From Terriglobia bacterium (GTDB lineage: Bacteria > Acidobacteriota > Terriglobia > Acidiferrales > UBA7541): a stretch of 64,000 nt of DNA. Where the stretch lies: assembly GCA_963695545.1 (NCBI GenBank), contig OY968796.1, forward strand, positions 1,024,001-1,088,000, written 5' to 3'. Position 1 is the first letter of the stretch, and the number at the start of each line of letters is the position of its first letter. The notes below the pieces were generated by a model. The model ran no database searches, was not told where the DNA came from, and worked only from the letters and a program-made list of their open reading frames with translations. The position numbers were made by a program, and so were the translations under genes. This document shows, one piece after another, positions 10,158 through 20,736 of the stretch.

Positions 10158-11402
10158 TCATGGCGCCGCCAGCGCCGCTTCCACCGCCGCCCGCAGTTTA
10201 TCCGGCGTCTCGCCTCCCATGGTGCGGAATGCAATGCGGCCCTGGCGATCGATTAAGAACGTCGTCGGATAACCGTCCACAAAATATTTTTCCGTGATGT
10301 CCGGCTCCGCACCCAGCAGCAAAGTGAACGTGTAGCCTTTCGCGGCGGCAAACCTTGCGACCGCTGCGGTGTTCTCGCCCACGTCCAGGCCCAGCACGAC
10401 CAAGCCTTGATCCCGAAGCTCGCGATGCATCTTTTCAAGTTCCGGCATCTGCGCTTGGCACGGCGGGCACCAGCTTGCCCAAAAGTCCACAATCACAACT
10501 TTGCCGCGCAGCGCAGCCAAGCTCACGGAATTGCCGCTGGTATCTTGCAGCGTGAAGTCCGGCGCGGGCGTGCCCATCAATGTGGTTGTGGGCGCATCGG
10601 TCGCCGCTTCCGGCGCCGGCTGAGCGGGCGCGGCAGCCGCGGTTTCGAGGCGCGCCGATTTCGGCGGCGTGAATGTAAAGAGCGCGGCTGGCTCAGGCTG
10701 GTTCCACTTCACAACCGAGTACAAGACGATCTGCGCGTTTTCGTCCTTGTCGTAAATCGCAGCCTTATAGACCACGAATGTTTTCTCGTTGATGCGGTAC
10801 ATCGCAAACTGCGCGCCCGCGATCGTGCCCGCGGGCCACTGGTCGCGCGCTACCGCCGCAACGTAAACGGGCACGGCCTTCCCATTTACCACGAAAAGAT
10901 CTTCGCGCGCGATGCTCGCCTCGGTTACGTGCTGATCGAGCGATCGAAGTCCGCTGATCGCCGTAGCCGAGTCCGGCGCAAGTGGAGTTTTCGTATAGGT
11001 GTTCGATCCCCGGTCGAGCGTCCATTCCGTTCGCCCATCGGCGACCCGCAACGTCCCGCGCGGCTCTTCGTCCTCAACTCTATATCTGCCCGGACCGGCG
11101 CCGGTTTCCGTCAAGCGCCGCTCGGACATATTTGAGTCTTCGACGGTTTGCACTGTGACGCGAAATTCGTAGCTCTTGAGATTCCGATACGTCGCAGCCG
11201 CGCGCTGCAAGATCTTCATCGCGGCCGGATCGATGGCCGGCGCGGCGGCCGCCGAAGCCGAAGGCGCAGCAGCCGGAGCGTCGCTCTGCGCGGGCGCCGG
11301 GGCCGCGCCGGTCTGCCCCGCGCAGAAAGCGGCGAACAGCACGGCCAGCGCGCACAGGCCAAGCGCGCATTTCAGTATCCGAGTACGTTGAGCACGCAAC
11401 AC
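10158..11402 (-). CDS. Exported TlpA/ResA-like thiol-disulfide oxidoreductase with an N-terminal LolA-like beta domain
   Basis: Signal peptide; C-terminal 'APDFTL..LRGKVVIVDFWASWCPPC', 'YPTTFLIDRQG'. N-terminal 'VADGRTEWTLD...YTK...LFTFTPPKSA' is reminiscent of the LolA fold. Confidence 0.8.
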   Translation of the reverse strand: MLRAQRTRILKCALGLCALAVLFAAFCAGQTGAAPAPAQSDAPAAAPSASAAAAPAIDPAAMKILQRAAATYRNLKSYEFRVTVQTVEDSNMSERRLTETGAGPGRYRVEDEEPRGTLRVADGRTEWTLDRGSNTYTKTPLAPDSATAISGLRSLDQHVTEASIAREDLFVVNGKAVPVYVAAVARDQWPAGTIAGAQFAMYRINEKTFVVYKAAIYDKDENAQIVLYSVVKWNQPEPAALFTFTPPKSARLETAAAAPAQPAPEAATDAPTTTLMGTPAPDFTLQDTSGNSVSLAALRGKVVIVDFWASWCPPCQAQMPELEKMHRELRDQGLVVLGLDVGENTAAVARFAAAKGYTFTLLLGAEPDITEKYFVDGYPTTFLIDRQGRIAFRTMGGETPDKLRAAVEAALAAP

Positions 11403-11523
11403 GGTATCGATTGTCCCTCTTTCTCGCGCTTCTGGATGATTGTTTTCCGCGGTTGGTCCGGCACCGCCGCAGTCCGCCTCCCAAATCCCGATAAACGCAT
11501 TCCAAAAGAATATTTCTGTCCCC

Positions 11524-11550
11524 TGTCGATTCCGCCCTTCCCCCAGCGAC
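11524..11550 (+). promoter_or_regulatory. Putative ECF42-type promoter (TGTCGA-N17-CGAC)
   Basis: tgtcga 11524-11529 and cgac 11547-11550 lie upstream of the DGPF/YciI-ECF operon and match the TGTCGA / CG(A/T)C motif as I recall it for ECF42. Confidence 0.6.
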
Positions 11551-11596
11551 TATCTTATGAAATAAGATGTTCAATCCAGTTTGGCCGGAGGCCACC

Positions 11597-11950
11597 GTGA
11601 AATATCTATGCCTGATCTACACAGACGAAAGCCAGGGCGCCAAGATGACCAAGGAGCAGATGGGCGCGGTTTTCGCCGAGTACACCGCGTTCACCGAATC
11701 GATCCAAAAGAGCGGCCAGTTCATTGGCGGCAACCCGCTCCAATCCGTGACGACCGCAACGACGGTGCGCGTGCGCAACGGAAAAGTCTCCACCACCGAC
11801 GGCCCCTTCGCCGAGACCAAGGAACAGCTCGGCGGCTACTACCTGATCGAGGCCAAGGATCTGAACGAAGCGATTCAAGTGGCCTCGCGCATTCCTTCGG
11901 CAAAATTCGGCTCCATCGAAGTGCGTCCGATCTGGGCGATGGCTCCCTGA
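11597..11950 (+). CDS. YciI/DGPF family protein
   Basis: '[20 protein letters not shown]', 'GSIEVRPI'; GTG start with a GGAGG RBS. Confidence 0.92.
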   Translation: MKYLCLIYTDESQGAKMTKEQMGAVFAEYTAFTESIQKSGQFIGGNPLQSVTTATTVRVRNGKVSTTDGPFAETKEQLGGYYLIEAKDLNEAIQVASRIPSAKFGSIEVRPIWAMAP

Positions 11951-11955
11951 TCGCC

Positions 11956-13278
11956 GTGGCGGGAATCGATCCGACCGCGTTCGGTGCATCCGGCGCGCCC
12001 GATGCAAACGAACCACGCGAGCGCTTCGGGCCAATCGACGCGGTATATCGCGCCGATTCCCGCCGCGTGCTTGCCACACTCATCCGCCTCCTCGGCGATT
12101 TCGATCTCGCCGAGGAGGCGCTGCACGATGCCTTCATCGCCGCGCTCGATTCCTGGCCGCGCAACGGCGTGCCGCAAAATCCTCGCGCCTGGCTCATCTC
12201 CACCGGACGCTTCAAAGCGATCGATCGCCTGCGCCGGGGCGCGCGCTTTGACGCCGCGCTTGCTGCGGCCGCCGATCAGCTCGACGCTGCTGTGACCGCG
12301 CCGCCCGACTCCGGCGATGGCGACGCCGTCGAAGACGACCGCCTCCGCTTGATCTTCACCTGCTGCCACCCCGCGCTCACGCCTGACGCGCGCATCGCGC
12401 TGACGCTCCGCGAAGTCTGCGGCCTTGAGACCGAGCAGATCGCGCGTGCTTTCCTGATTCCCGTTCCCTCGCTTGCGCAGCGCATCGTGCGCGCCAAAGG
12501 AAAAATCCGCGACGCGGGCATCCCCTATCAAGTTCCCTCGCTCGCCGAACTCCCCGATCGTCTCGACGCGGTGCTGCACGTTCTCTATCTCGTTTTCAAC
12601 GAAGGCTACTCGGCTTCCTCCGGCGAATCGCTCCTGCGCGCCGATCTTTCCGCCGAGGCCATTCGACTCGGCCGTCTCTTGACCGAACTACTTCCCGATC
12701 CCGAAGCCGTCGGCCTACTCGCCCTAATGCTCCTGCACGACGCGCGCCGCGCCGCACGCACTTCGCCGCAAGGCGAATTGATTCTGCTCGGCGAACAAGA
12801 TCGCAGCCTTTGGAATCGCGCACAGATCGAGGAGGGACTTGCGCTCGTGAGGAAATCCTTAGTGTCGCGTCGCTTCGGCCCCTACACGCTGCAAGCCGCC
12901 ATCGCCGCCGTGCACGCGGAAGCGCCCGACGCGGCTTCCACGGATTGGCGCGAAATTGTGGGGCTGTATGACGTGCTCCTGCGCGTCGAGCCGTCACCCG
13001 TCGTCGAACTCAATCGCGCCGCCGCCGTGGCCATGCGCGACGGCCCCGGAGCCGGTCTCGCGCTCATTGACGCCATTTTCGCGCGCGGCGATCTGGCCGA
13101 GTATCACTTCGCGCACTCCGCCCGCGCCGAGCTTCTCCGCCGCCTCGGCCGAAATCAGCAGGCCATCGCCGCCTTCGGACGCGCGCTCGAACTCACCACG
13201 CAAGCACCGGAACGCCGCTTCCTCGAGCGCCGCCTCGCCGAGCTTGCCTCGCACGTCGCGCCACCCGACCCGTCTTAG
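11956..13278 (+). CDS. ECF RNA polymerase sigma factor with a C-terminal TPR-like extension (ECF42 type)
   Basis: Region 2 '[24 protein letters not shown]', '[15 protein letters not shown]', 'LYLVFNEGY', '[14 protein letters not shown]'; follows a DGPF gene. The start is uncertain. Confidence 0.9.
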   Translation: MAGIDPTAFGASGAPDANEPRERFGPIDAVYRADSRRVLATLIRLLGDFDLAEEALHDAFIAALDSWPRNGVPQNPRAWLISTGRFKAIDRLRRGARFDAALAAAADQLDAAVTAPPDSGDGDAVEDDRLRLIFTCCHPALTPDARIALTLREVCGLETEQIARAFLIPVPSLAQRIVRAKGKIRDAGIPYQVPSLAELPDRLDAVLHVLYLVFNEGYSASSGESLLRADLSAEAIRLGRLLTELLPDPEAVGLLALMLLHDARRAARTSPQGELILLGEQDRSLWNRAQIEEGLALVRKSLVSRRFGPYTLQAAIAAVHAEAPDAASTDWREIVGLYDVLLRVEPSPVVELNRAAAVAMRDGPGAGLALIDAIFARGDLAEYHFAHSARAELLRRLGRNQQAIAAFGRALELTTQAPERRFLERRLAELASHVAPPDPS

Positions 13279-14072
13279 TTCTTCGTTGCGCGCGTCATCA
13301 TATATTCCTGCTTAATTATGTTCTCGTCGTAGAATTTCGCGGCAAGCGCGGCGCATTCGCTGCGAAAAGCCGCGAGCTTCGCCGGATCATTCGCCGAAAG
13401 CATTTCCACCAGTTTGACCAGCGGCCCCGCGGTTCGTTCCATTTGAGCTTGATAATGTTGAAGACTCAGCGCCGGGACGCGCATCGTTTCACGCTGGAAC
13501 GCGATGTCCTTTACCGCGCTTCCCAGCCGTTCGCGCACGATGTTTTGGTCTCCCCACTGCGGCGGTGGCGAGATGCCCGGTGGCGGAGGCGGCATGTAGC
13601 TCGCGATCAGCCGGAACATACTCCCGACCAGCAGTTCTGGAGGCCACGTCGCGAAAGCGATGGTCCCGCCCGGTTTCAACACGCGCAGCATCTCGCCGAG
13701 CGCCACGCCAGGCCTCGGCGCGAACATGTGACCGAACTCGCTGAGCACCACATCGAACGCCCCGTCACCATAAGGCAATTGCTCGACGTCCCCCTCCCGC
13801 CAGTCAACCTCGAGCGCGGCGATTTTAGAATTGGCGCGCGCCCTCTCCAGAAGTTCCGGCGTCAGGTCGATCGCGCTCACCATTGCGCCCATGCGCGCCG
13901 CCGTAATCGCCGCCACGCCGGTGCCACAGCCCACGTCAAGCACTTGCTGCCCCGCCCGCACGCCGGCAAATTTCGCCAGTTGCGCTCCCACGGGCGTGGT
14001 GATCATCTCCAGCGGCGCAAAGTGCGCCCATCCCTGCTTCTGCATCGCCTTAAAATTTTCAAACGGGTCCAC
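13275..14072 (-). CDS. Class I SAM-dependent methyltransferase
   Basis: 'VLDVGCGTG', '[23 protein letters not shown]', 'RVLKPGG'. Confidence 0.9.
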   Translation of the reverse strand: MDPFENFKAMQKQGWAHFAPLEMITTPVGAQLAKFAGVRAGQQVLDVGCGTGVAAITAARMGAMVSAIDLTPELLERARANSKIAALEVDWREGDVEQLPYGDGAFDVVLSEFGHMFAPRPGVALGEMLRVLKPGGTIAFATWPPELLVGSMFRLIASYMPPPPPGISPPPQWGDQNIVRERLGSAVKDIAFQRETMRVPALSLQHYQAQMERTAGPLVKLVEMLSANDPAKLAAFRSECAALAAKFYDENIIKQEYMMTRATKN

Positions 14073-14193
14073 GTATTCCCCCTCTCGGCGCCGGCTCCGC
14101 CTAGCGCTCGGCGTTTACGGTCGCCAATCTAGCATCGACCCGATCATTTCCCAACTTCCAATCAAGCCGCCACTCGCTGCTGGGCGCACTTCC

Positions 14194-14222
14194 TTGACAG
14201 CCTCACCAGCGACGCCTAGAAT
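14194..14222 (+). promoter_or_regulatory. Sigma70-type promoter for the dksA-like gene
   Basis: TTGACA (14194-14199), 17-nt spacer, TAGAAT (14217-14222). Confidence 0.75.
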
Positions 14223-14280
14223 CTCTCGTTTGCATTGCTGCATCTAAGGCTCACCGTGCAGCTATAGGCCCGGAACGACA

Positions 14281-14634
14281 ATGGACAAGAAACGCACCGA
14301 ATACTACAAAAAGAAACTGGTTACGCGGCGCGAGGAGTTGATTAAGACCATCGCACGCACCGAAGAAGAAGGCCGCGCGGCCGACGACGATCCGACCGTG
14401 GACATGGCGGATAAAGCCGCCAACTCCTACACCAAGGAGTTTTTGTTCGGGCAGACCAACACCGACCGCACCCTGCTCAACCTGATCGAAGGCGCGCTCA
14501 CCCGCATCAAGAACAGCTCCTACGGCACGTGTACGAATTGCGGCGTGGAGCTGCAGCAAAAGCGCCTGGACGCCGTCCCGTGGGCGCGCCACTGCGTCAG
14601 CTGCCAGGAAAAAATGGAGCGCGGCCAGCTGTAA
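14281..14634 (+). CDS. DksA/TraR family C4 zinc-finger protein
   Basis: Coiled coil with DMADKA; 'YGTCTNCG...RLDAVPWARHCVSCQE'. Confidence 0.92.
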   Translation: MDKKRTEYYKKKLVTRREELIKTIARTEEEGRAADDDPTVDMADKAANSYTKEFLFGQTNTDRTLLNLIEGALTRIKNSSYGTCTNCGVELQQKRLDAVPWARHCVSCQEKMERGQL

Positions 14635-14789
14635 CGCCAGCGCGGCGTCGAGGCAGCGGTCCGCTCGGACGGTTTTAGCCATGCGCTTCGGCCCGTCCAT
14701 CTAAGCGTTGCGCTCAGCAAAAGGCCGGTTGTTCTCTCGATAATTCCTCTTTGATGAATATCCGGCCTTAGTGTAGGCTTCCGGACATC

Positions 14790-15629
14790 GTGGGAATCAG
14801 CTTGGCATCCGCGCTCGCCCGCCTGCGTGATTGGGGCGGAGCCCTGGCCGCAATCCTGCTCCCCGCTCCATGCGGCGTGTGTGGCGAACTGCTTGAATCG
14901 GGCCGACGCATACCTATTTGCGACGAGTGCCTCGCGCAATTTCGGCCGCTCCCCGGGAATCTTTGCGAACATTGCGGCCGCCCGATACTTTCCGACTTCG
15001 CCGCGGAAATCTCTCCCTTGCTTTGCCATATGTGCCACCGCGGACTTTACGATTTCGATTTCGCGCACAGCTTCGCACCTTACGGAACCGTCGCTTCGCG
15101 CGCCATTCTCATGCTCAAATACGAGCAGGTGCTCCCGCTCGGCGCCTGGTTCGCGCACAAACTCGCCGAACTGGTCCGCGCGAATCCCGCCGCCTACGCC
15201 GCCGACGTCGTGGTACCGGTACCGCTTCACGCCGCGCGTTTCCGAGAGCGTGGCTACAACCAAGCCGAGCTCATCGCGCGCCCCTTGGCTCGCCTTCTCG
15301 GGATTCCGTTCCGGTCCTATTTGCTCGTGCGCACCAAGCCGCGCCCCGATAAACTCAAGCTCACCACGCGCGAGCGCTGGCGCACTGTGCGTGGCGCCTA
15401 TGCCACACGCGAGGGCACGCAGGTTGACAAGCTCCGCGTATTGCTGGTAGATGATGTATTTACGACTGGCGCGACGCTCGATGCGTGTTCGAGAGCTTTA
15501 CGCAAAGCTGGCGCCGTTCGTGTCGCGGGGCTCACAGTAGCCCGGGTGCTCCCTCCTACTTTCTCCCACCCGGAGTCCCGAAATGTGCCGCAGGGCGATG
15601 CGCCCACCGGCACCGCCGCCTCAACCTGA
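14790..15629 (+). CDS. comF: ComF family protein (double zinc ribbon + phosphoribosyltransferase domain)
   Basis: CxxC pairs, '[15 protein letters not shown]', '[13 protein letters not shown]'. Confidence 0.88.
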   Translation: MGISLASALARLRDWGGALAAILLPAPCGVCGELLESGRRIPICDECLAQFRPLPGNLCEHCGRPILSDFAAEISPLLCHMCHRGLYDFDFAHSFAPYGTVASRAILMLKYEQVLPLGAWFAHKLAELVRANPAAYAADVVVPVPLHAARFRERGYNQAELIARPLARLLGIPFRSYLLVRTKPRPDKLKLTTRERWRTVRGAYATREGTQVDKLRVLLVDDVFTTGATLDACSRALRKAGAVRVAGLTVARVLPPTFSHPESRNVPQGDAPTGTAAST

Positions 15630-15660
15630 CAGTTGGGCGGTTGTCCGCGAGCATATTGAT

Positions 15661-16290
15661 ATGGCCACAGGAGAGCAGGTCGGTGATAGGTCTCGGTCGA
15701 GCCAAGTGCTCGAAACCCCCGGCCCCGATGCGCGCCTGGCGGGCAATTCCCTCCGCGCCGCCACACGCAAGCCCGGCATCCTGCAGGAACCGGTTCTCGT
15801 TCTGAACGCCACCTTCGAGCCCATCAACGTCACCGCCGTGCGCCGCGCCATGGTTCTGATGCTCAAGGGCGTGGCCCAGGCCGAAGAGTTGCATCACTCC
15901 GAAGTGCGCTCCGCCGCTCGCACGCTGAAAGTGCCCTCGGTGATTCGCTTGATCGCTTACCGGCACATCCCGCAACAGACGCGCGCACTTTCGCGCAAAA
16001 ATATTCTTCTGCGCGACCGCAATACCTGCCAGTTTTGCGGCCATACCTTTCCCGCATCCGAGCTGACGCTCGATCACATCATGCCGCGTTCGCGCGGCGG
16101 TCACTCTTCCTGGGAAAATCTGGTGGCCTGCTGCTATCAGTGCAACAACAGCAAAGGCGATCGCACGCCCGAGGAAGCTGGTCTGCGCCTGGTGCGCCGG
16201 CCGCGGCCTTTCACGCTCCACACTTCGCGTCAACTCATGCGCCTGATCGGCAACAAAGACGAGAAATGGCGCAAATATCTCTTTTATTAG
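15661..16290 (+). CDS. HNH endonuclease (McrA-like)
   Basis: '[11 protein letters not shown]', '[10 protein letters not shown]', '[32 protein letters not shown]'. Confidence 0.9.
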   Translation: MATGEQVGDRSRSSQVLETPGPDARLAGNSLRAATRKPGILQEPVLVLNATFEPINVTAVRRAMVLMLKGVAQAEELHHSEVRSAARTLKVPSVIRLIAYRHIPQQTRALSRKNILLRDRNTCQFCGHTFPASELTLDHIMPRSRGGHSSWENLVACCYQCNNSKGDRTPEEAGLRLVRRPRPFTLHTSRQLMRLIGNKDEKWRKYLFY

Positions 16291-16451
16291 CCCGAGGAAT
16301 ATCGATTAGGTGCCGGCAATTCGCTGAAAAACAATAACTTACAGAAATCTGGCGCCAGGTACTGAGAATGCGGAATTTCCTGCAACCAACTTCAATCCTT
16401 CGGCGTCTAACTTTATAACATCACTTCTAGGACACACCCCGGGAAGCAGCG

Positions 16452-16736
16452 TTGGCTCAGCCAAGGCTGCTTCTCTTCTTTTACGGCCTCTTTTTTTCGA
16501 TAGCGCGCACTAGCTTCGGAAGCATCGGGCGCTCAACGCCGTGGTATCATGCGCTTATTATGATCGCCGTCGATGTGCTTACAACAAGATCGGCCATTCT
16601 CACTGCCCTCTGCGTAGTTGGCTTGGTCGCGCTTCGATTGCTCATGATCGGAAATCACCCAGTGACGCTGCTGTTACCGAAAAGCTGGCAGCGCTGGATC
16701 AAAGGCGGATCTGGTTCGCCTCCGCACTCGAAATAA
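16452..16736 (+). CDS. Small hypothetical membrane protein
   Basis: 94-aa ORF with hydrophobic segments in an AT-richer stretch; TTG start; no family recognised. Confidence 0.35.
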   Translation: MAQPRLLLFFYGLFFSIARTSFGSIGRSTPWYHALIMIAVDVLTTRSAILTALCVVGLVALRLLMIGNHPVTLLLPKSWQRWIKGGSGSPPHSK

Positions 16737-16834
16737 TCCCTTCGTTGCCGACCCACCATCCAGCTCCAACTGACGTGAGAATCTTTATTGCCTCGCCGTC
16801 CGTTCTTACAACCTATCTTTTCGTACCGACTCGG

Positions 16835-17080
16835 TTATGGCGACGCTTTCCGAGACAGCAACTCCGCCTCAATTCTCTTCGTTAGGCAACTACGGCAAAG
16901 GCACCCGTGGACCGGGTCCTGGGGAATCGGCAAAATATTTGGAAGCTCAGCGCACCAGCACCCAGCCTCCTGCATGCAGGTTATTGGCGCACCGCATTGC
17001 GAGCAGAGTTTCTCCACCGCGGAATTATGCTGTCTCGGTATTCGTAGTGGCAAATCGGCGGATCGCCGCACGTTGCTCAT
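16835..17080 (-). CDS. Cysteine-rich CWC family protein
   Basis: 'CSQCGAPITC...GCWCAELP...CLCRSCL'; overlaps the stop of the decarboxylase gene. Confidence 0.75.
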   Translation of the reverse strand: MSNVRRSADLPLRIPRQHNSAVEKLCSQCGAPITCMQEAGCWCAELPNILPIPQDPVHGCLCRSCLTKRIEAELLSRKASP

Positions 17081-18588
17081 CCTGCCTGCGTCCGAAAGCT
17101 TTGTGGTCGCAGCGCCAAATCGGCATCCTTGCCCATCCGGACAACCAGTGGCAACAATGCCTCAACATCCGCGAGCGAAGTGCGAAAATTCACGATGCAC
17201 GCACGCAGCGCAAATTTTCCATTAATCACCGCATTCGAGAGATAAGCCTCGCCGCCGTTCTGCAAACGCGTCAGCAGCTCTCGATTTAGCTCGTCCAAAT
17301 ATCGCTCCACTACCTGATCGCCGCGCTCGAGATCTGGCGGCGCATAACGGAACGTGGTGATGCTCAATGATTGGGTGAACGCCTGGAGCGCGGGGTAGCG
17401 CGCTATTCGCTCGAAGAGTTCTCGGGCCAGGCGAATATCGTCGGACAGCATTTGGACGTAACCGTCGCGCCCGACCTGCTGCAGCGCGAGCCAAACTTTC
17501 AGCGCTCGAAACCCGCGCGAATTCTGCGGCCCAAGGTCGAAGTAATTGATCGCTTCCATCCCGAAATGATAGTAGGGAGGATGGTAGGCGAACGCGTCGC
17601 GCAATTTTTCGGAGTTACGTACCAGCGCGCAGCCCGCTTCAAGCGGCGCGTATAACCACTTATGAGGGTCCACGGCCACCGAATCGGCCTCACGCATTCC
17701 GGCGAGTGCGCCAGGCGCGTCCGGCAAAACCGCGGCCAGGCCGCCGTACGCGCCATCAACGTGGAACCAAAGATCGAACTCACGGCACATCGCCGCCAGT
17801 TCCGGCAATGGATCAATCGCGCCCGTGCTCACGGAACCTGCGGTGCCCACCACCAAAAATGGTCTGTCGCCGGATTTCATATCGCTCAAAATCTGTTCTC
17901 GCAGGGCCGCGACATCCATCCGCAGTTGGCCATCCGTCGCGATCCAGCGGATCGCGTCCGTGCCCAGCCCCGAAATGTCCGCGGCCTTTTGAATCCATGT
18001 GTGCGTTTCCTTTGAACAGTAGACGCGTAGACGCGCGCCGCCCATTCCCGCTGTGCGCACGTCCCACCCCGCTTTGGCTTGCCGAGCCGCGAGAAAGCAC
18101 ACGAAGTTGGCCATGTTCCCGCCGCTAACAAACAGACCTCCGCAATCCACAGGATAGTTCAGCATCTCGGCGACCCAGCGTATCGTTTGCGCTTCGATTT
18201 CGCTCGCCATCGGCGAGAGCGGCCACGCACCGACGTTTGGGTTCACCGTTGCGGCGAGCAATTCGCCCAACGCTCCAATCGGCGCGGCGGATGAGGTGAT
18301 GTATCCCCAAAAACGCGGATGTCCATTGAATAAGGAGTGCTCGAACAAAAGATCGGCGGCGCGATCGAGCAACACCGCTGCGTCCGTACCACGCTGCGGC
18401 AAAGAGCGCTCGGCCCCGAGAGCTTGTCGAACATCAGAAGGTGCTTCACCCGGAGTTACCCGTCGTTCGGGAAGCGAGTCGAGGAAGCCGGCGATCCGAT
18501 CGACAAGTTGGTAGCCCAACGCGCGAAACTCCTGCGAGCCCATGGCCAGTGGCGACACGCGTTCGCGCACACCGTCTTCGTTTTGCAT
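17077..18588 (-). CDS. Group II PLP-dependent amino-acid decarboxylase (aromatic-L-amino-acid/glutamate decarboxylase family)
   Basis: 'HPRFWGYI', 'GGNMAN', 'WFHVDGAYGG', 'DPHKWLY' (PLP lysine), 'SRGFRALKVW'. Confidence 0.92.
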   Translation of the reverse strand: MQNEDGVRERVSPLAMGSQEFRALGYQLVDRIAGFLDSLPERRVTPGEAPSDVRQALGAERSLPQRGTDAAVLLDRAADLLFEHSLFNGHPRFWGYITSSAAPIGALGELLAATVNPNVGAWPLSPMASEIEAQTIRWVAEMLNYPVDCGGLFVSGGNMANFVCFLAARQAKAGWDVRTAGMGGARLRVYCSKETHTWIQKAADISGLGTDAIRWIATDGQLRMDVAALREQILSDMKSGDRPFLVVGTAGSVSTGAIDPLPELAAMCREFDLWFHVDGAYGGLAAVLPDAPGALAGMREADSVAVDPHKWLYAPLEAGCALVRNSEKLRDAFAYHPPYYHFGMEAINYFDLGPQNSRGFRALKVWLALQQVGRDGYVQMLSDDIRLARELFERIARYPALQAFTQSLSITTFRYAPPDLERGDQVVERYLDELNRELLTRLQNGGEAYLSNAVINGKFALRACIVNFRTSLADVEALLPLVVRMGKDADLALRPQSFRTQAG

Positions 18589-18742
18589 TGCGCCCCCGGA
18601 AATATTTCTGACCACTCCGCACCTTATACCACTTCGCGAGAATCGCGATATCCGGCGTTTGCGCTCAAATCTTCAAGCGGCGCGCAATCTTTTGAGGAGT
18701 GATTTCGGATCGCCGTGGTCTACGTCGCGTGCGCGACAATGT

Positions 18743-20293
18743 TCACTGCCGCAAGCTGACGCGCAATCCCGATCGCCAGTTCTCTTGCACGCCCACGCGT
18801 GTCACTTCGATCTCCGGGCGCAGAAATCCAAGCAGCGTGTCCGTTGCGGGATGAAATCGCAGTGCCGGCGCCACCAGAAAAATGCGCGGCGGCTGGGCGC
18901 TGAGTTTGATTCCGTCGAAATATCCGTAGCGGTGAAAATCGTCTTGCTCCAGGTGACCGTTCACGCTCAGCCAGTAATCCGCCGCCTGCAGCACCAATTG
19001 CAAATCTTCGCCGGCCTTCAATTCCAAAATCGCCAGCCGCCCGTCGCGCGTGATGCCCAGCAAATCCAGCACTCCGCGCTCGCCGCCCGTCACCGCCGGA
19101 ACTTGCCGATAGATCCTCTGCGGATCTAGACGCGGATCCACGCGCGTCGGTTCTTCCTCCACTAAAGTTTCCAGCCATCGCTCCGGCTGGGCTCGGTACA
19201 ACGGATGCGACGTCTCGTGCGCCTTCGCGTGCCGGTGCGCGTCGAGCTGCCCGACCAACTCCGCAAGTTGCGGCCGCGTTCGCGCCGTCAGCGCCTCGCG
19301 CCTCAGGCCCAAACCGAAAACGATTCCGTTCGCATCCCACCGCGCGAACTCGAGTCCGCGAAACCGCAGCACAACGCTCCGCGCATCGGCCGCCGCGGAA
19401 GCTTGGATCGCTCGCCGCGCGAGCGCTCCTTTTGCCGCGAGCGCCATCACCGGCGCGATATCTGCGGCGGCTGCGGACAAAATGCTCTCCGCCTCGCGCC
19501 GCGGCACCAAGTGCATAGCCCAATTGCCGCCGCCCGCGCCCTCGAACCGCCGCACAATGCCGCGCTTCTCATCCAATTCATACAGCTCGATCCGCAAGCT
19601 CGGATCGAGCGCCTTGCTGCGTCGCGCCGCCGCATTCAAAGCCGCGCCCGCCGGCAAAAACAATCTGAGTCCCGCGACCGGTGGCCCTGCAGCCCTGCGT
19701 CGCGCTTGCGCCAACCACAAAAGTCCGGCAGTCAAGCTCGCATCGAGCGTCGGCGCGCTTTCTTCCGCCGATACGCCGAGCGCGGCCCAGGCCGTGCTGC
19801 CGCTCCGCAAAATCCCGCGCGCGTAACACCCGGAGAGCGAATGCTCAAGCCGCGCCGCAGTCGTCATCGATTCCACTGTGTCGTCGGCAAACTGATTTTG
19901 CAGGATCGCCAAACACCGTTCGCCGAACGATTTGCGCCGATTTTTTCCCGCCGGCCGTTCGCGCCCCGCCACGCGAATCTCAAGCACCTCGGGACGCTTG
20001 CGCCCGAAGCGCTGCACTTCAAAGCTCACGCTCTCCGCCGATTCCTCTGCGATCCCCACGACGCGCCGCACCAGATTCTGCGCGTCGTTCTGCACTCCAT
20101 TTGCCGCGTCGCTCGGCGCATCGCTTTGCGATTCCGACCACAGATGCAGCAGCGGCGCCGCGCCCTGCGGCCGCACCTCATAGCGCAGACCGTCCGCCAG
20201 TCCCGGAACGCGCCGTCCATTCTCGTGCACTTCAAGCGGCCCGCATTTCGCAAGCTCCGCCAGCGCGCGCTCGATCTCAGCTGCAAGTTGCAT
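18743..20293 (-). CDS. Hypothetical protein with a C-terminal NucS-like PD-(D/E)XK nuclease domain
   Basis: C-terminal 'ERWLE...RQVP...GVLDLLGITRDGRLAILELK...LVLQAADYW' fits the D..ExK and Q...Y motifs of NucS/RecB-type nucleases. Confidence 0.65.
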   Translation of the reverse strand: MQLAAEIERALAELAKCGPLEVHENGRRVPGLADGLRYEVRPQGAAPLLHLWSESQSDAPSDAANGVQNDAQNLVRRVVGIAEESAESVSFEVQRFGRKRPEVLEIRVAGRERPAGKNRRKSFGERCLAILQNQFADDTVESMTTAARLEHSLSGCYARGILRSGSTAWAALGVSAEESAPTLDASLTAGLLWLAQARRRAAGPPVAGLRLFLPAGAALNAAARRSKALDPSLRIELYELDEKRGIVRRFEGAGGGNWAMHLVPRREAESILSAAAADIAPVMALAAKGALARRAIQASAAADARSVVLRFRGLEFARWDANGIVFGLGLRREALTARTRPQLAELVGQLDAHRHAKAHETSHPLYRAQPERWLETLVEEEPTRVDPRLDPQRIYRQVPAVTGGERGVLDLLGITRDGRLAILELKAGEDLQLVLQAADYWLSVNGHLEQDDFHRYGYFDGIKLSAQPPRIFLVAPALRFHPATDTLLGFLRPEIEVTRVGVQENWRSGLRVSLRQ

Positions 20294-20327
20294 CGGCGCC
20301 AATTATAGAGAAGTGAATTAATTCAGC

Positions 20328-20470
20328 CTAGTCCCGCGCCGCCGAATTACGTTTCTTGCGGCCCGTCGACGAATTCCTTGCGCTCTTCGCATTCCGCTCG
20401 ACGCGCAACTTCCACGCGGTATGCAGCGCGCCGGCCAACACGTCCTCATCCGCCGCGGCCACGGCGCGCG
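20328..20470 (-). pseudogene. Possible C-terminal remnant of an MmcQ/YjbR-family gene
   Basis: 'AAADEDVLAGALHTAWKLRVERN' resembles the C-terminus of YjbR-like proteins; the upstream sequence does not give a matching N-terminus. Confidence 0.3.
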
Positions 20471-20662
20471 CCCGCCTCCCCGCGTCGCGCGAAAACCAAG
20501 AACGCCGCTCTCGAAATCCCCGCGCGCTGGTGGCTGAAAACCACCACCCTCGCTTGAAATGCACCATCGATCCGCATTTAGCAAACGCCCTGATCCTCAA
20601 TCACAATCCCCATCGGATTGAAAAAGGTGCACTTACGCGCCATCACGAATCAGCCTCCGGTT

Positions 20663-20678
20663 TGGCACGCTCCTTGCA
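20663..20678 (+). promoter_or_regulatory. Sigma54 (RpoN) -24/-12 promoter
   Basis: TGGCAC-GCTCC-TTGCA, an exact match to TGGCAC-N5-TTGC(A/T), about 58 nt upstream of the ATG at 20737. Confidence 0.8.
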
Positions 20679-20736
20679 TTAATTAACGCTGTAATTCGAG
20701 ATCGAACCGGACTTTGGGATCTCAGAAGGGGCCAAA

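Noticed and set aside
11581..11955. N-terminal 125 aa of the 565-aa ECF ORF in the track
   Set aside because: It overlaps the YciI gene in another frame and is not sigma-like; the real start is near 11956 or later.
15661..16290. HNH nuclease as a mobile or defence element
   Set aside because: It belongs to the common stand-alone McrA-like family and sits in a housekeeping context (dksA-like, comF), with no methylase or mobility genes.
16291..16830. AT-richer stretch as an island boundary or att site
   Set aside because: No integrase, tRNA fragment or direct repeat was found; only a weak small ORF.
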